From Candidatus Iainarchaeum sp. (GTDB taxonomy: Archaea > Iainarchaeota > Iainarchaeia > Iainarchaeales > JAZDDZ01): a stretch of 28,812 nucleotides of DNA. Under the pieces are notes generated by a model. That model did not search any database. It saw only the letters and a list, made by a program, of their open reading frames with translations, and was not told the origin of the DNA. How positions within the stretch are numbered: the first letter of the stretch is position 1; every line of letters starts with the position of its first letter. The position numbers were made by a program, and so were the translations under genes. The stretch spans positions 1 to 28,812 of the forward strand of contig JAZDDZ010000050.1 in assembly GCA_043809245.1 (NCBI GenBank), in the 5' to 3' direction. Shown piece after piece: positions 25,253 through 28,812 of this stretch.

Positions 25253-26097
25253 TGGCTGTAAAGGCGGAAAATCCTTTGGTTTCAATCGTTGTCCTGAACT
25301 GGAATGGAAAGGAATTATTGCGCAACTGCCTGAAGTCGCTAAGGGAGAATACGAATTATGCGCCTTACGAGGTTATTGTTGTTGACAACGCCAGCAGCGA
25401 TGGAAGCACGGAGATGGTGAAAAAGGAATTTTCCTGGGCAAAACTGATTGAAAACAAGGAGAACAGGGGCTTTGCTGGGGGAAACAACGACGGCATCAGG
25501 CAAAGCAAAGGCGAATTCGTTTTATTGCTGAACAATGACACACTCATAAAGCAAAGTGATTGGCTTGATGAAATGGTCAAGGCAATGCAAAGGCATCCCC
25601 TTGTTGGAATTCTTGGCCCAAGGCTTGTTTTCGGGGACGGAAGCGTACAGCAAATTAAAGGGGCTGAAGCGGAAAAGATTGTTAAAACTGTTTCAGGCGC
25701 GGCTTTTCTAATCAGGCAAAAGGTTTTGGATGAAATTGGATTGCTGGATGAAGGATTCAACCCGATTTATTACGAGGAAACTGATTTCTCGGAAAGGACG
25801 AGAAGAAAAGGCTTTTTGGTGATGTATACGCCAAAAGCCACAATCACGCACCTTGAGGGAGCAACAACAGGGCAGAAAAAATTCAGCAAATGGAAGTATT
25901 TTCTCGCGAAAAAAAACCGCTTAAGGTTCCAGCTGCTGAACGAGCCGCTTTGGGCGCTTGTGTTCGTGCTGCCATTTGAATTCTGCATTTCAGTTGTTTC
26001 CGCTGCACGCAGGAACGCATTCAAGGAATTATTCAGCGCCTACGCGGAAAACCGGAAAAATTTGGGGGAAATAATGGAGAAAAGAAGGGAAAGATGA
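25249..26097 (+). CDS. Glycosyltransferase family 2 (rhamnosyltransferase-like)
   Basis: SIVVLNWNG, DNASSDG, NRGFAGGNN, LLNND, YYEETD. Confidence 0.92.
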   Translation: MMAVKAENPLVSIVVLNWNGKELLRNCLKSLRENTNYAPYEVIVVDNASSDGSTEMVKKEFSWAKLIENKENRGFAGGNNDGIRQSKGEFVLLLNNDTLIKQSDWLDEMVKAMQRHPLVGILGPRLVFGDGSVQQIKGAEAEKIVKTVSGAAFLIRQKVLDEIGLLDEGFNPIYYEETDFSERTRRKGFLVMYTPKATITHLEGATTGQKKFSKWKYFLAKKNRLRFQLLNEPLWALVFVLPFEFCISVVSAARRNAFKELFSAYAENRKNLGEIMEKRRER

Positions 26098-26129
26098 TTT
26101 GGCTTACTGATAGAACGGCCAATTTCTTT

Positions 26130-27683
26130 TTAATTGAATTTTCCTGCGATTTCTTCAATGTCTTTTTCTTTTAATGAATGGAGATAGTCGTATGCAAGGC
26201 AGAGGTTTTTTTTACGGTTGTATTTTAGCTTTATCCCGAGATTTTTTGCTTCTTTTTCAATTGCAGTATTTATTTCAGGGACATATCGTGTAAGGCAGAA
26301 AGAGGAAATGTTTTCCTGGTTTTTCTTGAAGAATTCTAAGGTTTTTTCAAAGTCTTTCCTTTCCTCGCAGGGAAGGTCATACATGAAAAAAACTCGGCTA
26401 TGTATTCCGAAAGATTTGGCTTCTTTCAGTATTTTTTCAGCTTCCTCCAAGAGAAAGCCCTTTCTAATTTTTTTCAATACTTTTCCAGAACCGCTTTCAA
26501 GACCCCAGCAAAGCTCTTTCAAGCCGGCTTTACTCGCTATTTCAAATGTTTCTTTACTGAACCCCTTGTCAAACCTTGCATAAGCCCCGAATTTTATATT
26601 AATTCCCTCGCGCAAAATTCTTTTTGACAGTTCTTCAAGCCTCCGGGGTTTTAAACAGGAATCGGCAAACATTATCTTCTCAGCCCCGTATTTTTTTACA
26701 AGATTTTTAATGTCAGAAACCACCAAATCCATGCCCCTTTCAATGTAGCGCCCTTCAATTACAGGATATGAACAGTAAACGCACCTGGCCCAATAACAGG
26801 ATTTTGATGTCTGCAAGGGAAACATTTTTGGATAAAAATATTCGCCCAAAGGCAAATCATCAAAGCTTGGTGTGGGCAAAGAATTTATGTCAACTGGGGA
26901 GCCGGCCTTATTCCAAATAATTTTCCCACATTTACGGAAAGCAATGCCCGGCACGCTTTCAAAACCCTGCCCTTCCAACAATTGGCTTAAGACGTTTTCT
27001 CCGTCAGAAAAACAAACCACATCAAAAAAATCAAACACCTCTTTTTTTAGCAGTTTTTTGTTAAGCTGCGTTGCCCAGGGCCCACCTAAAAAAACCCTTG
27101 AATTTGTTTCCTCTTTAATTAAACGGGCAATGGTAAAAGCCGCAACGACCTGATTCAAGGCAACAACTGTTATAGCAAAATTACTGGATTTAATGCATTT
27201 TATTTCCTCCCGCAAGCCTAAAAACCTGTTTTTGTTGTCGCCAACTATTTTCTTTAACCCCTTTAACGATACAGCATAATCGCTTAAGGAAACACTGCTG
27301 AATAATGGGTCGTGATAAACCTCAGTGCTGGCTTCATTAAAAAATGAGCCGAGAGAAACAATTGCTGAAAAAAAGTCAAACGGCACATTATTGGCTGCCA
27401 AATCTTCCCTGAATTCCTCAAAATCCTTTTTTCCGATTTTTTCCTTTAATTCGCCAATAACACCATACCCCGTTTCATGCTTCCGTAAATACTCCCTGGC
27501 TTTATCATAGAGCGGTTTCACTTCTTCACTTTTCTTTAATTTTTGGAAGAAACCAATATTCAGGTCTTTTTGCAGAACTTTGAAGCCCTTTCCCTCCAAA
27601 TACGCCTTCAGCGCAGCCGTGCTCAAATAAGGGTATTCGGCATACCAAACAGGGGGAAAAATCAAGCAAAGGTCGTATTCCAA
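26130..27683 (-). CDS. B12-binding-type radical SAM protein, resembling peptide-modifying class B enzymes
   Basis: LIFPP...PYLSTAALKAYL...DLN N-terminus; GGPW; DGE; TSKSCYWARCVYC; GLESG; AGGTGA RBS before TTG. Confidence 0.85.
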   Translation of the reverse strand: MEYDLCLIFPPVWYAEYPYLSTAALKAYLEGKGFKVLQKDLNIGFFQKLKKSEEVKPLYDKAREYLRKHETGYGVIGELKEKIGKKDFEEFREDLAANNVPFDFFSAIVSLGSFFNEASTEVYHDPLFSSVSLSDYAVSLKGLKKIVGDNKNRFLGLREEIKCIKSSNFAITVVALNQVVAAFTIARLIKEETNSRVFLGGPWATQLNKKLLKKEVFDFFDVVCFSDGENVLSQLLEGQGFESVPGIAFRKCGKIIWNKAGSPVDINSLPTPSFDDLPLGEYFYPKMFPLQTSKSCYWARCVYCSYPVIEGRYIERGMDLVVSDIKNLVKKYGAEKIMFADSCLKPRRLEELSKRILREGINIKFGAYARFDKGFSKETFEIASKAGLKELCWGLESGSGKVLKKIRKGFLLEEAEKILKEAKSFGIHSRVFFMYDLPCEERKDFEKTLEFFKKNQENISSFCLTRYVPEINTAIEKEAKNLGIKLKYNRKKNLCLAYDYLHSLKEKDIEEIAGKFN

Positions 27684-27688
27684 TTAAT

Positions 27689-28492
27689 TCACCTTTTTTC
27701 CAGAACAATGAATGTTTGTGGTGCAAAAAATTTAAACAGGGTCTTCCGAATCCCATTCTTTGAGATTTTAATCCCATTCACTGATTTAATCTTACAGTCT
27801 TTTGCCGCCAAAGACAAAAACTTTTTAGTGTTATAACACCATGGAACCCTGCTGATTAAGCCAAAATACCTGAAATGCTCAGGATTCAAGGTCATTTCAT
27901 CCAATCCAAAAAAGGCCTTAATTGAATCCAATAAGCCAAGCGATGGAACCGCTATAACTATTGTTCCCCCCTTCCTTGCCACTCTCACCAATTCCGACAA
28001 AGAATTTTCAACGCTAGCCACGTGCTCTAACAAAAAAACAGCAAAAACGCGGTCAAAAAAATTGCTTTCCAAAGGAATATCTTCAACGCTGGCTTCAACA
28101 AACCGGTCATATTCGCATGAATTTTTTCCGGACACAAGGTCCAAGCCAACCAAATAGCAGCCCTTGCCCTTCAGCGCTCCCAAAAGCTTTCCATTTCCGG
28201 CACCAGCATCCAATACGTTCATGTTTCCAGAAACTTCTGCCTCTTTTTTAACGAAATCCACAAACAGGTCAGGCGAATCAATGTTAGAGGGAAGATCCCG
28301 ATGAATGAAACTGCAAAAAAATTTGTTAAACTGCCCAGCCCCTAAAACCGTCTCCTGCCGTGCAGGGTCAATAATCTTTTCCAAAGGCGCGCTTTTCTCT
28401 AAACCCAAAAAAGCCCCTGTTTTACTGAAAACAAGAAACCCTTTCTCTTCAGGGTGATACAATTTGAGAAAATACTCACCTCTCCCCATCAT
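27689..28492 (-). CDS. Class I SAM-dependent methyltransferase with ~80-aa N-terminal extension
   Basis: VLDAGAGNG, IPLESNFFDRVFAVFLLEHV. Confidence 0.85.
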   Translation of the reverse strand: MMGRGEYFLKLYHPEEKGFLVFSKTGAFLGLEKSAPLEKIIDPARQETVLGAGQFNKFFCSFIHRDLPSNIDSPDLFVDFVKKEAEVSGNMNVLDAGAGNGKLLGALKGKGCYLVGLDLVSGKNSCEYDRFVEASVEDIPLESNFFDRVFAVFLLEHVASVENSLSELVRVARKGGTIVIAVPSLGLLDSIKAFFGLDEMTLNPEHFRYFGLISRVPWCYNTKKFLSLAAKDCKIKSVNGIKISKNGIRKTLFKFFAPQTFIVLEKR

Positions 28493-28531
28493 CCAGACCC
28501 TTTAAGCGCAACAAAAAAGAACTAAAAGCAT

Positions 28532-28612
28532 TCAGCTTTTACCCAAAGGCCTTGCGTCAAAAGTCGGAGACATGAAAATTTTCTTAACTTTCTTTTTGTC
28601 AATATTCCCCAT
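28532..28612 (-). CDS. 26-aa peptide MGNIDKKKVKKIFMSPTFDARPLGKS, candidate RiPP precursor
   Basis: ATG at 28612 preceded by AGGTGG RBS; TGA at 28534-28532; BRE/TATA upstream; T-tract downstream; first gene of the methyltransferase-rSAM unit. Confidence 0.6.
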   Translation of the reverse strand: MGNIDKKKVKKIFMSPTFDARPLGKS

Positions 28613-28649
28613 AAAAAACCACCTGTTATTATACTTTGAGCCAATCCCC

Positions 28650-28667
28650 TATATAAATATTACTTTC
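28650..28667 (-). promoter_or_regulatory. BRE + TATA promoter for the peptide/methyltransferase/rSAM unit
   Basis: Minus strand GAAAGTAATATTTATATAG, about 38 nt upstream of the peptide ATG, leaving room for a short leader that contains the RBS. Confidence 0.65.
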
Positions 28668-28738
28668 ATAAGTAACTGCTAACGGTTTTTGAGTGTTTTT
28701 GTGTTGTTTTGGCTGATAGATATGTTTAAACGCATATT

Positions 28739-28757
28739 GTAGCTACAAAGTAGCTAC
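28739..28757. promoter_or_regulatory. Tandem palindromic operator GTAGCTAC-AAA-GTAGCTAC
   Basis: Two self-complementary 8-mers with an 11-bp period, between TTTAAA (28725-28730) and ATG 28759. Confidence 0.6.
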
Positions 28758-28758
28758 T

Positions 28759-28812
28759 ATGAAAAAGACAATTTCTCTGCGCATGGAGGGTTTTGAGGTT
28801 ATTGAGAAGGTT
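28759..28812 (+). CDS. 5' end of a small protein (MKKTISLRMEGFEVIEKV...), possibly AbrB/DUF2080-like; truncated by the window
   Basis: ATG ~28 nt after a TATA box; open to the window end. Confidence 0.45.
   Translation, partial: MKKTISLRMEGFEVIEKV

Noticed and set aside
7441-27836. Numerous 60-180-aa antisense or alternate-frame ORFs within the glycan and rSAM genes
   Set aside because: Shadow ORFs of well-supported genes, without motifs or expression signals.
1-28812. tRNA genes, integrase att sites, reverse transcriptase/DGR repeats
   Set aside because: No cloverleaf/T-loop signature, recombinase, RT, or long near-identical repeat pair was seen by eye; a tRNAscan/Infernal run would be needed to exclude them formally.

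Overview
Archaeal genomic window; gene content, TATA-box/leaderless promoters, a stand-alone 5S rRNA and short basic orphans suggest a DPANN-type lineage (inference). Four blocks. (1) 1-4560, an AT-rich mobile-element pile-up: a probable IS200/IS605-type end interrupting a start-less ORF, a probable end of a second element (13-bp direct repeat), and a complete ~4.0-kb IS6-like cargo transposon (519-4552). The transposon has two nested inverted-repeat pairs and a 7/8 target duplication, and carries a SWIM-Zn-HTH-DDE transposase, an unannotated divergent 43-aa RHH-like regulator with mirrored operators, a membrane-anchored trypsin-like protease, a DUF262+HNH (GmrSD-like) nuclease and a coiled-coil protein. 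(2) 4653-6973: TBP, a VirK/YbjX-like orphan, 5S rRNA and a protein resembling the isolated DNA-binding half of bacterial sigma-54 (RpoN). (3) 7036-26097, an N-glycosylation/surface-glycan locus: aglB, aglH/ALG7-like, an Alg14-Alg13 fusion, GT2/GT4 enzymes, rfbB, rfbA, an HpnJ-like B12 radical SAM enzyme, a methyltransferase, an epimerase, wecB and a carbamoyltransferase. It is interrupted by a toxin-antitoxin pair, a minimal kinase-like gene and a free-standing LAGLIDADG endonuclease. (4) 26130-28664, minus strand: an unannotated 26-aa peptide gene with its own promoter, RBS and T-tract, followed by a SAM methyltransferase and a B12-type radical SAM enzyme, a candidate archaeal RiPP system. 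All family calls come from motif recognition by eye, not from database searches.
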